Of a stretch of DNA of 64,000 nucleotides, positions 49,629 to 60,604 are shown in pieces. Under the pieces are notes generated by a model. That model had not been told where the DNA came from. It ran no database searches and was given only the letters and a program-made list of their open reading frames with translations. Source of the DNA: Desulfobacteraceae bacterium. Its GTDB lineage: Bacteria; Desulfobacterota; Desulfobacteria; Desulfobacterales; Desulfolunaceae. The DNA lies in NCBI GenBank assembly GCA_013619155.1, contig JABXKT010000001.1:12661-76660 (forward strand). Reading direction: 5' to 3'. A program made the position numbers and the translations under genes. Within the stretch, counting starts at the first letter, position 1; each line of letters opens with the position of its first letter.

Positions 49629-50393
49629 ATGAACAAAAACCGACTCACACGTATATTAAGAAACCTGCAACGGGGTGATATCTCTGTGGATGATGCCACC
49701 GACAAGCTCACCCACTTTGTGGACGAAGATATATCCTTTGCCACCATCGATCACCACCGGAGCCTCAGAAAAGGATTCCCGGAAGTAATCTTCGGTGAGG
49801 GCAAGACCAGCGACCAGATCATCGGCATCCTCAACAAAATGATCCCCCAAGAGGAGGTTGTCTTAGCCACTCGAGTCGATACGGAGAAGGCGCGATGCAT
49901 CCTCTCGGCTATACCCATGTGCCGCTATGATGAGGAGGCCCGTATGATCATTTGGGCCCCCCACACACCAGAACCCACGGGCCATGGCACCGTATTGGTA
50001 CTCTCGGCGGGCACCTCGGACATTCCCGTGGCACGGGAAGCCCTCCTGACCGCCCAGTACATGGGGAACCGGGTCCAGGCTGTCTTCGATGTGGGTGTCG
50101 CCGGTATCCACCGCCTCTTAAGCCAACGGGATGCCCTGGAGAGGGCCACCGTCATCATCGTGGTGGCCGGCATGGAGGGGGCCCTCCCCAGCGTGGTGGC
50201 CGGCATGGTCAACACCCCTGTCATTGCCGTCCCCACCAGCATCGGATACGGCGTGAGCCTTGGGGGGAAAACGGCCCTGTACGGCATGTTGAGCAGCTGC
50301 AGCTCCAACATCGCCGTCGTCAATATCGACAACGGCTTTGGCGCAGGCTACATGGCCTCTTCCATCAACCATATCTCCATATCCGCCAGCTAG
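49629..50393 (+). CDS. larB: Nickel-pincer cofactor biosynthesis protein LarB (PurE-like)
   Basis: DHHR.LR.GFPEVIFGEGKT, AGTSD.PVA, DVGVAGIHRL, AGMEGAL, PTS.GYG and VVNIDNGFGA. Confidence 0.92.
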   Translation: MNKNRLTRILRNLQRGDISVDDATDKLTHFVDEDISFATIDHHRSLRKGFPEVIFGEGKTSDQIIGILNKMIPQEEVVLATRVDTEKARCILSAIPMCRYDEEARMIIWAPHTPEPTGHGTVLVLSAGTSDIPVAREALLTAQYMGNRVQAVFDVGVAGIHRLLSQRDALERATVIIVVAGMEGALPSVVAGMVNTPVIAVPTSIGYGVSLGGKTALYGMLSSCSSNIAVVNIDNGFGAGYMASSINHISISAS

Positions 50394-50679
50394 GCACCGC
50401 AGAATCGGGGAAGGCCCGCTGCCTTCTCCGGGCCTCGGGCCCCGAAAGATCGCCCCATGGATTTTTGCTCCCGCCCCCCATTTTTATTCGGCCCCCATTT
50501 TCATGCCACCTATGTCGTGATACATCGTCCAAAATATCATCTGTTTTCAAATAATTATTCACAATCACCTAAAAACAACGCCGCCCAACACACCATTTGT
50601 TTCTCAAAAAGTAACCGGTGATTGTTTAACATATATAAAAAATTAACCTCGTCTTTTTTCCACTTAAGGCAGCAACACC

Positions 50680-50710
50680 TTGACAAAGGATGAGGAGGCG
50701 TATATTTAAT
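50680..50710 (+). promoter_or_regulatory. Putative sigma-70 promoter of the ilv leader
   Basis: Perfect TTGACA at 50680, followed 15-19 nt later by an AT-rich TATATTTAAT. Confidence 0.5.
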
Positions 50711-50745
50711 ACAGATTAATTAAATCTATCAAAGAAGAGTACCCA

Positions 50746-50847
50746 ATGAACGACGCCAAAGCCATTATCAACCTTATTAATGTGATTATTATCCTCGTAG
50801 TGGGCCTCGTGCCTGTGATGGGGATTATTCTACATAGAGGCGACTGA
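50746..50847 (+). CDS. ilv operon leader peptide (33 aa; 17 Ile/Leu/Val)
   Basis: MNDAKAIINLINVIIILVVGLVPVMGIILHRGD*; lies directly before an antiterminator/terminator pair. Confidence 0.85.
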   Translation: MNDAKAIINLINVIIILVVGLVPVMGIILHRGD

Positions 50848-50915
50848 TAATGGCTTAACATAAAAATCCCAAAATAAAAAAGCCGTTATCAGTCACACTG
50901 ATAACGGCTTTTTTT
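50842..50915 (+). terminator. Attenuator: antiterminator arm plus intrinsic terminator
   Basis: Terminator AGCCGTTATCAGT-CAC-ACTGATAACGGCT-TTTTTT (50881-50915). GACTGATAATGGCTT (50842-50856) is complementary to its 5' arm. Confidence 0.9.
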
Positions 50916-50926
50916 ATGGAGCAGCC

Positions 50927-52594
50927 ATGAAAAGTAACAATGTAAAAAAAGGCATCGAGCGAGCCCCCCACCGCTCCCTCTTCAAGGCGATGGGCTACAC
51001 GGATACCGAAATTAAACGTCCCTTAATCGGTATTGCCAACTCGGCCAACACCATCATTCCGGGTCACACCCACTTAAATCGCATTACCGAGGCGGTCAAG
51101 GCGGGCATTTACATGGCTGGCGGCATGCCCGTGGAATTTGGCGTCATCGGTGTCTGCGACGGCATCGCCATGAATCACATCGGCATGAGTTACTCCCTAG
51201 GAAGTCGGGAACTCATCGCCGACTCTGTAGAGGTGGTGGCCACGGCCCACGCCTTTGACGGCCTAGTCCTCATTCCCAACTGCGACAAGATCGTCCCCGG
51301 CATGCTCATGGCCGCGGCGCGCCTCGATATTCCCTCCCTCTTTATTAGTGGGGGGCCCATGCTGGCTGGCCGTCACCCCGATCGTCCCCAGGAGAAAGTA
51401 GACCTCATCAGCGTCTTCGAATCCGTCGGTGCCGTCCTGGCCGGTACCATGACCGAAGATGAACTCACCGCCATAGAGGATGCCGCCTGCCCCACCTGCG
51501 GATCCTGCTCCGGGATGTTCACCGCCAACTCCATGAACTGCCTCACCGAAGCCATCGGCATGGGCCTGCCCGGTAACGGCACCATACCGGCCGTCATGGC
51601 CGCTCGCGAACGCCTGGCCAAGATGGCCGGAATGAAAATCCTCGATCTCGTAGAAAAAGGGATCACCCCGAGCCAGATCCTCACCGAAAAGGCATTTGCC
51701 AACGCCCTGGCCGTGGATATGGCCCTTGGCTGCTCCACCAACACTGTCCTTCACTTGAAAGCCATCGCCCATGAGGCAGGAGTAAAGGTCCCCTTGACGC
51801 TCATCAACGAGGTCAGTAAGATTACACCACATCTTTGCTCCCTGTCCCCCGGCGGTAAGGATCACATCGAAGACCTAAACCGGGCCGGTGGTATCCAAGC
51901 CGTTTTAAAGACCCTGGCCGATGAAGGACGCATCCATACCGAATGCCTCACCGTTACCGGTGATACAGTGGGTAAGAATATTGAAACGGCCCGAGTCATA
52001 GACCCGGACGTCATTCGTCCCTGGAATAACCCCTACCATGAGCAAGGGGGGCTGGCCGTCCTCTTTGGCAACATCGCCCCAGACGGATGCGTGGTGAAAC
52101 AGTCTGCGGTTCTCCCCGAGATGATGCAGCACAAAGGCCCCGCCCGGGTCTTTGAGTCCGAAGAGGAGGCCTCCCAGGCGATCATGGCAAGCCAGATCCG
52201 CAAAGGGGATGTGGTGGTAATCCGAAACGAGGGGCCCAAGGGCGGACCGGGCATGCGCGAAATGCTCACCCCCACCGCGGCCATCGCCGGCATGGGTCTT
52301 GACGACTCGGTGGCCCTCATCACCGACGGCCGGTTCTCCGGAGGCACCCGGGGGGCGGCCATCGGCCATGTCTCCCCAGAAGCCGCATCGGGAGGCCCCA
52401 TCGGCCTCGTCCATGAAGGCGATCTGATCAGCATCAACATCACGACCAAGAGCATCGAACTACTGATTCCCGAGTTCGCCATAGAAAAGCGCAGAGCCGA
52501 ATGGACAGCGCCCGCCCCACGTATCACCCGGGGCTACATGGCCCGTTACGCCCGCATGGTCTCCTCTGCAAGTGATGGGGCTATAGTCAAATAA
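50927..52594 (+). CDS. ilvD: Dihydroxy-acid dehydratase
   Basis: [44 protein letters not shown] and ITDGRFSG. Confidence 0.97.
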   Translation: MKSNNVKKGIERAPHRSLFKAMGYTDTEIKRPLIGIANSANTIIPGHTHLNRITEAVKAGIYMAGGMPVEFGVIGVCDGIAMNHIGMSYSLGSRELIADSVEVVATAHAFDGLVLIPNCDKIVPGMLMAAARLDIPSLFISGGPMLAGRHPDRPQEKVDLISVFESVGAVLAGTMTEDELTAIEDAACPTCGSCSGMFTANSMNCLTEAIGMGLPGNGTIPAVMAARERLAKMAGMKILDLVEKGITPSQILTEKAFANALAVDMALGCSTNTVLHLKAIAHEAGVKVPLTLINEVSKITPHLCSLSPGGKDHIEDLNRAGGIQAVLKTLADEGRIHTECLTVTGDTVGKNIETARVIDPDVIRPWNNPYHEQGGLAVLFGNIAPDGCVVKQSAVLPEMMQHKGPARVFESEEEASQAIMASQIRKGDVVVIRNEGPKGGPGMREMLTPTAAIAGMGLDDSVALITDGRFSGGTRGAAIGHVSPEAASGGPIGLVHEGDLISINITTKSIELLIPEFAIEKRRAEWTAPAPRITRGYMARYARMVSSASDGAIVK

Positions 52595-52719
52595 AAATTG
52601 AGGTCTCAACGGTCGCTCCGGCGGCCGAGTACGCAATTTTATAAGTAATTTTTGACGATGACGATAGTAACGAACAACCTTAGATGTTGCCCGTTACCAA
52701 ACCAGCAAAGGATCACGGA

Positions 52720-54414
52720 ATGTCTGCAAAGGAACTCACAGGAACACAAATCCTGATGAAAGTGTTGAAGGAAGAAGGCGTTGACACCATCTTCGGATAC
52801 CCGGGAGGTGCGGTCATTGATATCTACGATGAACTGGCCAACACAGATATCAAACATCTCCTTGTCCGCCATGAGCAGGGTGCGGTACATGCAGCGGACG
52901 GTTTTGCACGGGCCAGCGGAAGAACCGGCGTCTGTTTTGCCACCTCAGGCCCCGGGGCCACCAATACGGTCACTGGCATTGCCACGGCCTATCTGGACTC
53001 CATTCCCATCGTAATTATCACCGGGCAGGTGCCCACCCAGCTCATCGGCAACGATGCGTTTCAAGAGGTGGATATCGTCGGGATCACCCGACCCTGTACG
53101 AAGCACAACTACCTAGTCAAAGATATCAACAGCTTGGAACGGATTCTGCGCGAGGCCTTCTTCCTGGCACGCACCGGTCGCCCGGGGCCTATTCTCGTGG
53201 ATATTCCCAAGAATATCCAAACGATGAAGGCAACCTTCAATGGTCCCCAAGAGATCGTCTTAAAGACCTACAAGCCCACCTACAAGCCCAATGTCAAACA
53301 GCTCTCCAAGGTGGCGGGTCTCATCAAAAACGCGAAACGCCCCTTAATCTTCTCCGGAGGGGGGGCCGTCCTCTCCGGCGGGTCCGAGGCGTTGACCAAG
53401 CTGGCCAAGACCATGAATATCCCCGTCACCAGTACCCTCATGGGCTTGGGTGGCTTTCCCGGCACCGATGACCTCTGGCTGGGTATGCCGGGTATGCACG
53501 GCACCTTCCGTGCCAACATGGCCATCAGCCAGTGCGATCTGATGCTTGCCATAGGGGTCCGTTTTGATGACCGCGTCACGGGACGCACCGATGATTTTGC
53601 CCCCAACGCCACCATCGTTCAGATCGATATTGACCCCACAAGCATCCACAAGAATATCGAGGTCGCCGTCCCCATCGTCGGTGACTGCAAGATCGCCGTG
53701 GAAAAGCTCAACGAACTCCTTGCCAAAGAGGAAGGACCGGAAGAGGCCCCGGATCGCAGCGAGTGGGCAAACAAGATCAAGACGTGGAAAGAGACCTGCC
53801 CCCTTGCCTACGACCAAAAGGATATCATCAAGCCCCAGTATGTCGTGGATACCTTCTTTAAGATGACCAAAGGGGAGGCCATCGTCACCACCGAGGTGGG
53901 CCAGAACCAGATGTGGGCGGCCCAGTACTACCATTTCAACCGGCCCAACCAGTTCATCACCTCCGGTGGACTCGGCACCATGGGATTTGGTCTTCCCGCA
54001 GCCATTGGCGCTCAGATGGCCTGCCCGGACGCTCTGGTTGTGGACGTGGCCGGTGACGGCAGTATCCAGATGAATATCCAGGAGATGGCCACGGCGGTGC
54101 AGTACAACCTGCCCATCAAGATCATCATCTTAAACAACCGTTACTTAGGCATGGTTCGCCAGTGGCAGGATCTCTTCTTTGACAAGCGCTACTCATCCAC
54201 CACCCTCGACCACAACCCCGACTTCGTGAAGCTAGCCGAAGCCTTTGGGGCCAAGGGCCTTCGTGCCACGAAACCCGAAGAGGTGGAGTCAGTGCTCAAA
54301 GAGGGGCTTGAGTACAAGGGCACGGTCATCATGGAATTTGTCGTGGACCGTGAAGAGAATGTCTATCCCATGGTTCCTGCGGGCAAGGCAATCACCGATA
54401 TGTTGCTGGTATAA
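52720..54414 (+). CDS. ilvB: Acetolactate synthase large subunit
   Basis: FGYPGGA, RHEQGA, TSGPGATN, RFDDRVTG, GDGSIQMN and GMVRQWQ. Confidence 0.97.
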   Translation: MSAKELTGTQILMKVLKEEGVDTIFGYPGGAVIDIYDELANTDIKHLLVRHEQGAVHAADGFARASGRTGVCFATSGPGATNTVTGIATAYLDSIPIVIITGQVPTQLIGNDAFQEVDIVGITRPCTKHNYLVKDINSLERILREAFFLARTGRPGPILVDIPKNIQTMKATFNGPQEIVLKTYKPTYKPNVKQLSKVAGLIKNAKRPLIFSGGGAVLSGGSEALTKLAKTMNIPVTSTLMGLGGFPGTDDLWLGMPGMHGTFRANMAISQCDLMLAIGVRFDDRVTGRTDDFAPNATIVQIDIDPTSIHKNIEVAVPIVGDCKIAVEKLNELLAKEEGPEEAPDRSEWANKIKTWKETCPLAYDQKDIIKPQYVVDTFFKMTKGEAIVTTEVGQNQMWAAQYYHFNRPNQFITSGGLGTMGFGLPAAIGAQMACPDALVVDVAGDGSIQMNIQEMATAVQYNLPIKIIILNNRYLGMVRQWQDLFFDKRYSSTTLDHNPDFVKLAEAFGAKGLRATKPEEVESVLKEGLEYKGTVIMEFVVDREENVYPMVPAGKAITDMLLV

Positions 54415-54519
54415 TGCGGTGGCACGATTCACCTCGTGATCCCTAAATCAAACCCACCACAGTCTTTACGGGCGGCCGAGTCGTCTCCGGCCGCCATTAT
54501 ATTTTAAGGAAACAGACCC

Positions 54520-55005
54520 ATGAGCGAAAAGCGACACATCCTCTCCATTCAGGTAGACAATGAACCTGGCGTTCTCTCCCGCATTGTCGGGCTCTTTTCC
54601 GGACGCGGCTACAATATCGACAGCCTTAACGTGGCGGCAACCAATGAACCGCACATCTCCCGCATCACCATGGTGACCACCGCAGATACGGCCATCATGG
54701 AACAGATCAAAAAACAGCTGCATAAGCTTATCAACGTGGCCACGGTACACGATCTCACCGAATCGGATTATGTCCAGCGAGAATTGGCCCTCATCAAGAT
54801 TCACGCCAAGATGGATAACCGAAGTGAGCTCATCAACATCGTTAACATCTTCCGGTACAAGATTGTCGATGTGGGCCCCGACCATGTCACCATCCAGGCC
54901 ACGGCCACCGAAGATAAACTAAAAGCGTTCATCGAACTGGTCACCCCCATGGGAATTAAAGAGATCGTCCGCACGGGCAGCATCGCCCTTTATCGCGGCA
55001 ACTGA
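54520..55005 (+). CDS. ilvN: Acetolactate synthase small (regulatory) subunit
   Basis: NEPGVLSRIVGLFSGRGYNIDSL, RELALIK and EIVRTG. Confidence 0.96.
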   Translation: MSEKRHILSIQVDNEPGVLSRIVGLFSGRGYNIDSLNVAATNEPHISRITMVTTADTAIMEQIKKQLHKLINVATVHDLTESDYVQRELALIKIHAKMDNRSELINIVNIFRYKIVDVGPDHVTIQATATEDKLKAFIELVTPMGIKEIVRTGSIALYRGN

Positions 55006-55165
55006 TTGTCATGGACACCCCTTGACACCATAGTAAGTAAAGAGACGCCCGGTACCCGTCGTTTTGTCATATACGAAACAGGACACCGGGCGTGATCCCG
55101 ACTCTACTCGCACCGTAAGAGTCCCTTCTCCTCATATGGATGCAAACAACCCGGAGCAGCATGAT

Positions 55166-56746
55166 ATGAAACCGGTCTTGATATTCGACACCACCTTACG
55201 TGATGGCGCCCAGGGAGAGAACATCTCCTTTTCACCGGAAGACAAGATCAAAGTGGCACAACGCCTTGACGACATGGAAATTCACTACATCGAAGGGGGA
55301 TGGCCCGGCTCTAATCCGGCGGCCGACCGCTTTTTCGAATTGGCGAAAACCACACCCTTTGCCCACGCGCAGATCACCGCCTTTGGCTCCACCCGTCGTC
55401 AAGGAGTCCTCGCCGAAGAGGATACCAACTTAAATGCCCTTATTGGCTGCGGTTCTCCGGCCATCACCATCTTCGGCAAAACCTGGGATCTCCATGTGGT
55501 GGAGATCATGAACAACACCTTGTCCGAAAACCTGGCCATGATCCAGGATAGCGTGGCCTTCTTAAAGAGCCACGACCGTGAAGTCCTCTATGATGCCGAG
55601 CACTTCTTTGACGGATACAAGGCCAATCCGGCATACGCCGTTAAGACACTTGTAGCCGCCGTCAAAGGGGGGGCCGATTTTATAGTCCTGTGCGACACCA
55701 ATGGCGGCTCCCTGCCCCACGAGATCACCGAAATTTTTACACGGATCAAGGCCGAACTCGATAAAGAGACGAAACGAGATATCCCCATGGGGATCCACGC
55801 CCACAACGATTGCAGCCTGGCCGTGGCCAACTCCATTGCCGCTGTACAAGCCGGAGCGTGCATGGTACAGGGCACTATCAACGGATACGGAGAGCGGTGC
55901 GGGAATACGGATCTGACCTCCATCATCCCCATACTCAACTTAAAACTGAATCGCCCCTGCGTCTCGACGGCAAACCTTGAGAAACTCAAACCCCTCTCAC
56001 GATTTGTCAGTGAAACCTCCAACATGATCCCCCTGGCATCCCGACCCTTCGTCGGCAATAGTGCCTTTGCCCACAAAGGCGGAATCCATGTCAGTGCCGT
56101 CATGAAAAGTCCCCTCTCCTACGAGCATATAGATCCGGAGGCGGTGGGCAACAAACGCCGGGTCCTCGTCTCGGACCAGGCAGGACGCAGCAACATTGAG
56201 TACAAGGCCAAGGAGCTGGGCATCGATCTCGATATCCCCGCCTTTGACTCCCAACGCATCGTCAGTGAGATCAAGATGCTGGAGCAAGAAGGCTACCAGT
56301 ATGAGGCGGCCGATGGCTCATTTAAAGTCCTCATGGACAAATTTTTACTCAAATACGACCCCGTCTTCGACCTCGAGTCGTTTCGGGTCACCATAGAAAA
56401 AGACAAAGACCGTCCCTGCACCTCCCATGCCATCGTCAAGATAAACGTCAACGGGGAGAGTGAAATCACGGCCGCCGAAGGCCGGGGCCCGGTAAGCGCC
56501 CTTGACAATGCCTTAAGAAAAGCCTTAAGCCGTTTCTACAAAGAACTCGAGACCATGCATCTTGTGGACTTTAAAGTCCGGGTCATGGACGGACGGGGGG
56601 GCACCGAATCCAAGGTACGTGTCCTCATCGAATCCCGGGACGGAGATGACATCTGGAGCACCATCGGTGTTTCAGAAGACATCATCGAGGCGAGCTGGGA
56701 GGCCCTGGCCGACAGCTTCCAATACAAACTGGCCAAAGCGAAATAA
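55166..56746 (+). CDS. cimA: Citramalate synthase (Geobacter-type CimA)
   Basis: DTTLRDGAQGE, YIEGGWPGSNP, YDAEHFFDGY, AFAHKGGIH and WSTIGVS.DIIEASW.AL. Confidence 0.9.
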   Translation: MKPVLIFDTTLRDGAQGENISFSPEDKIKVAQRLDDMEIHYIEGGWPGSNPAADRFFELAKTTPFAHAQITAFGSTRRQGVLAEEDTNLNALIGCGSPAITIFGKTWDLHVVEIMNNTLSENLAMIQDSVAFLKSHDREVLYDAEHFFDGYKANPAYAVKTLVAAVKGGADFIVLCDTNGGSLPHEITEIFTRIKAELDKETKRDIPMGIHAHNDCSLAVANSIAAVQAGACMVQGTINGYGERCGNTDLTSIIPILNLKLNRPCVSTANLEKLKPLSRFVSETSNMIPLASRPFVGNSAFAHKGGIHVSAVMKSPLSYEHIDPEAVGNKRRVLVSDQAGRSNIEYKAKELGIDLDIPAFDSQRIVSEIKMLEQEGYQYEAADGSFKVLMDKFLLKYDPVFDLESFRVTIEKDKDRPCTSHAIVKINVNGESEITAAEGRGPVSALDNALRKALSRFYKELETMHLVDFKVRVMDGRGGTESKVRVLIESRDGDDIWSTIGVSEDIIEASWEALADSFQYKLAKAK

Positions 56747-57010
56747 AACGGATCCTAACACGATAAGGGGTGGCACGAACCGGCCCCCTTATCGATCCAT
56801 GAGGAACGAGGCGACATCGCCCACCCACCGGGGAGCAGGAGGCCCCTACCATGAAAGAGGTGACCAAGACCGCAGGAGACGCCACTGGCATCCTGCGGTC
56901 CATGCTTTCTGGGTTTGCATCTTTATAAAAAGAGTCCACGTGAAAAACACCGCCCTCATGAGCATGATGATGAGGTACACGCAGCAAACCCATTTCGGAG
57001 CACAAAAGAC

Positions 57011-58549
57011 ATGAATCGAACCATCACAATATTTGACACCACCTTACGAGACGGCGAACAATCACCGGGCGCCAGCATGAACACCGCAGAAAAATTGCGC
57101 ATCGCCACTCACCTGGATGCCCTGGGTGTGGACGTCATCGAAGCGGGTTTTCCTGCCTCCTCCGTCGGTGATTTTGAGGCGGTCTCTCGCATTGCTGAGG
57201 CCGTCAAACATGCCGAGGTGGCAGCCCTGTGCCGGGCATCGGTCAAGGACATCGACCGGGCCTGGGAGGCCATTAAAATAGCGGTCAAACCACGTATCCA
57301 CACCTTTATCGCCACCTCAGACATCCATCTGGAGTACAAACTCCGTATGAGCCGCGATGAGGTGGTGGAGCGCGCCGTGGCCGCTGTGGCCCACGCACGG
57401 CAGTACACAGAAAATATCGAATTCTCCGCCGAGGATGGCTCACGCACCGACCCGGACTTTCTCTGCCGCATCTTCGGAGCGGTCATCGAAGCCGGTGCCA
57501 CCACGGTCAACCTCCCCGACACGGTGGGGTATTCCATCCCCAACGAATTCGCCGATCTGGTACGTCATGTCATCGCCCACACCCCCGGCATGGAGAAGGC
57601 CACCTTAAGTGTCCACTGCCACAACGATCTGGGTCTGGCCACCGCCAACACCCTGGCCGCCATCGCCGCCGGGGCCAATCAGGCGGAGGTGACCATCAAC
57701 GGTATCGGTGAAAGGGCCGGAAACACGGCCTTGGAAGAGGTGGTCATGGCGATTCATACCCGCCCCGGCATCTACCCGGCCACCACCCGCATCGATACCA
57801 CCCGTATCGTCGCCACGGGGCGTCTGGTGAGCACCATCACAGGCATCATGGTACAACCGAACAAGGCCATCGTCGGGGCCAACGCCTTCTCCCACGAATC
57901 GGGAATCCATCAGGACGGGATGCTCAAAAACCCCATGACCTATGAGATTATGAAGCCGGAGACCGTGGGGCTCACCACCAACAGACTGGTGCTGGGAAAA
58001 CTCTCCGGACGCTTTGCCTTACGCTCCCGTTTAGAGGAGATGCGGTACAATTTAACCGATGAAGAGCTCAACACGGTATTTGAGAGCTTTAAGGCCCTGG
58101 CCGACCGGAAAAAACAGATCGTGGATGAAGACTTAGAGGCCCTGGTCACCGACGTCATCTTGCGAAGCCACGAAGTCTATACCTTGGAGTACCTCCATGT
58201 CACCTCCGGCACCAACGTCTACCCCATGGCCAGCGTTCACCTGGGCATCAACGGCAAGGTGATGAAGGGTGCCCTGGAGGGCAACGGTCCCATCGATGCG
58301 GTCTTTAACACCATCGCGGCCATCGTCGAACGGACGCCGGAACTCCTGCGCTTCTCCATCGGCGCCTTAACCGGCGGCACCGACGCCCAAGGCGAAGTCA
58401 CCGTTCGCATGCAGGAAGATGGCATGGTGGCCCTGGGCCGCGGCGCCGATCCCGACATCATCACGGCCAGCGCCAAGGCCTATGTCAACGGTCTCAACCG
58501 CCTCGAATACTTCAAGACGAACCCCGTCTCCTCCTGTGAGTCCATCTAA
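57011..58549 (+). CDS. leuA: 2-isopropylmalate synthase
   Basis: DTTLRDGEQSPG, HCHNDLG, GERAGN, HESGIHQDG and a regulatory domain. Confidence 0.95.
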   Translation: MNRTITIFDTTLRDGEQSPGASMNTAEKLRIATHLDALGVDVIEAGFPASSVGDFEAVSRIAEAVKHAEVAALCRASVKDIDRAWEAIKIAVKPRIHTFIATSDIHLEYKLRMSRDEVVERAVAAVAHARQYTENIEFSAEDGSRTDPDFLCRIFGAVIEAGATTVNLPDTVGYSIPNEFADLVRHVIAHTPGMEKATLSVHCHNDLGLATANTLAAIAAGANQAEVTINGIGERAGNTALEEVVMAIHTRPGIYPATTRIDTTRIVATGRLVSTITGIMVQPNKAIVGANAFSHESGIHQDGMLKNPMTYEIMKPETVGLTTNRLVLGKLSGRFALRSRLEEMRYNLTDEELNTVFESFKALADRKKQIVDEDLEALVTDVILRSHEVYTLEYLHVTSGTNVYPMASVHLGINGKVMKGALEGNGPIDAVFNTIAAIVERTPELLRFSIGALTGGTDAQGEVTVRMQEDGMVALGRGADPDIITASAKAYVNGLNRLEYFKTNPVSSCESI

Positions 58550-58685
58550 AGAGTCATAAGGATCTCACCGGAGAGCGGTTTAAAGGGTCAACCACCCGAC
58601 ACGAAAAAAAAATCGGGCCGCTTAAAGGCGGCCCAGAACAGCCAATATGGCCAATTAATTTTTACATGATACGGAGCATCCAAAA

Positions 58686-60152
58686 ATGAACTACTTCAAC
58701 ACCCTCCCCTTACGTCTTCAGCTGGAACAACTTGGACAGTGCAGCTTCATGAACTCATCCGAGTTTGACGGTGTGGAGAAACTCAAAGGGAAAAAAATAG
58801 TCATCGTCGGCTGTGGCGCCCAGGGCCTGAACCAGGGTCTGAACATGCGTGACAGCGGCCTCGACGTCTCCTATACCTTACGTCAGGCTGCCATCGATGA
58901 GAAACGTCAGTCATGGCTCAATGCCACAGAAAATGGCTTCGCCGTGGGAACCTACGATGAGATGCTCCCCACCGCCGATCTCGTCCTCAACCTCACCCCG
59001 GATAAGCAGCACACCCCGGTGGTCACCGCCGTGATGCCCCTGATGAAAAAAGGCGCCACCCTCGCCTACTCCCATGGTTTCAACATCGTCGAAGAGGGCA
59101 TGCAGGTCCGTGAGGACCTAACCGTCGTCATGGTCGCACCGAAATCTCCCGGGACCGAGGTACGGGAAGAGTACAAACGTGGTTTCGGTGTACCGACCCT
59201 CATCGCCGTTCACAAAGAGAACGATCCCAACGGCGACGGCCTGGAGATCGCCAAAGCCTATGCCGCTGGAACCGGTGGACATCGTGCCGGAGTCCTTCGC
59301 TCCTCTTTCATTGCCGAGGTAAAATCCGATCTCATGGGCGAGCAGACCATTCTCTGCGGCATGCTCCAGACCGGCTCCATCCTCTGCTACAACAAGATGA
59401 TGGAAAAAGGGGTCGAGAGCGGCTATGCGAGTAAGCTCATCCAGTACGGATGGGAGACCATCACCGAGGCCCTGAAACACGGGGGCATCACCAATATGAT
59501 GGATCGCCTGGACAACCCCTCAAAAATCAAAGCCTTCGAAGTATCCGAAGAGCTCAAGACCATCATGCGCCCCCTCTTCAACAAGCACATGGATGATATC
59601 ATGGGCGGAGCCTTCTCCGAAGGGATGATGGCAGACTGGAAAAATGGCGATGCAAAGCTCCTCGGATGGCGTGAAGAGACGGGCCAGTCCGCCTTCGAAA
59701 AATCTGTGGCAGGGGATGTAGAGATCGACGAGCAGGCCTTCTTCGACAACGGCATCCTCATGATCGCCATGGTAAAAGCCGGTGTAGAACTCGCCTTTGA
59801 GACCATGGTGGCAGCAGGCATCAAAGAGGAGTCCGCCTACTACGAGTCTCTCCACGAGACCCCCCTTATCGCCAACCTCATCAGCCGCAAGAAGCTCTAC
59901 GAAATGAATAAGGTCATCTCCGATACCGCAGAGTACGGCTGCTACCTCTTCGCCAACGCCTGTGTACCCCTTCTGGCTGACTTCATGACCGGCGTGGAGA
60001 CCGATATCATCGGCAAGGGCCTCACCTGTGAGACCAACGGCGTGGACAACATGGCCCTCATCGAAATCAACGATGCCATTCGCAACCACCCCGTAGAGAT
60101 CATCGGCAAAGAGCTGCGAAGCTACATGACCGCCATGAAATCCATTCTGTAG
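58686..60152 (+). CDS. ilvC: Ketol-acid reductoisomerase, long (class II) form
   Basis: [39 protein letters not shown] and a duplicated C-terminal domain; 488 aa. Confidence 0.96.
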   Translation: MNYFNTLPLRLQLEQLGQCSFMNSSEFDGVEKLKGKKIVIVGCGAQGLNQGLNMRDSGLDVSYTLRQAAIDEKRQSWLNATENGFAVGTYDEMLPTADLVLNLTPDKQHTPVVTAVMPLMKKGATLAYSHGFNIVEEGMQVREDLTVVMVAPKSPGTEVREEYKRGFGVPTLIAVHKENDPNGDGLEIAKAYAAGTGGHRAGVLRSSFIAEVKSDLMGEQTILCGMLQTGSILCYNKMMEKGVESGYASKLIQYGWETITEALKHGGITNMMDRLDNPSKIKAFEVSEELKTIMRPLFNKHMDDIMGGAFSEGMMADWKNGDAKLLGWREETGQSAFEKSVAGDVEIDEQAFFDNGILMIAMVKAGVELAFETMVAAGIKEESAYYESLHETPLIANLISRKKLYEMNKVISDTAEYGCYLFANACVPLLADFMTGVETDIIGKGLTCETNGVDNMALIEINDAIRNHPVEIIGKELRSYMTAMKSIL

Positions 60153-60159
60153 TGACGGG

Positions 60160-60520
60160 AAAGCCTCCAGCGGCCAAGGGCTGAACCCTTGGAGCTTAAG
60201 GTTTGTGAATGTGAAGGGCCAAAGGCCCTTCACATTCACGATAAAAACGTCTGATAGGCACATTTTTGCGGAGCTTTTATAATGCCTTCTATGGTTAAAA
60301 GCGGAGACAAAAAGTGCCTCCAGCGGCGAGGTGTGCCACCTCGAAAGCAGGTCAACGAATGCACTTTTCCCCTCGTTCCTCGGGTCAAATCACATTCGCC
60401 TTGGCGTTTAGATTTACCCAAGATTATCTTTATAAGACCTGTTTATCAAACCCGAGCTTTCAAATCAGGCAAAAGTTTGGCTCCCGGCAGGGCCAACCGA
60501 GGCATCGCTGAATAGTTACG
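60160..60520. repeat. Composite intergenic repeat
   Basis: REP-like GCCTCCAGCGGCCAAGGG..CCCTTGG, palindrome GTGAATGTGAAGGGCC-AAA-GGCCCTTCACATTCAC, further modules and a GCTGAATAGTTAC end. Confidence 0.85.
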
Positions 60521-60541
60521 AACTTTTTGAAAAAAATCGAC

Positions 60542-60573
60542 AAAAAAAGCCGCGTAAAAACGCGGCTTTTTTT
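60542..60573. terminator. Bidirectional intrinsic terminator between ilvC and pyrD
   Basis: AAAAAAAGCCGCGT-AAAA-ACGCGGCTTTTTT. Confidence 0.8.
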
Positions 60574-60604
60574 GTTCATATCAAAAGGATTGGGTCCTAA
60601 ATCG

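Noticed and set aside
56747-57010. Second leader peptide before leuA
   Set aside because: No Leu-rich short ORF or U-tailed terminator found.
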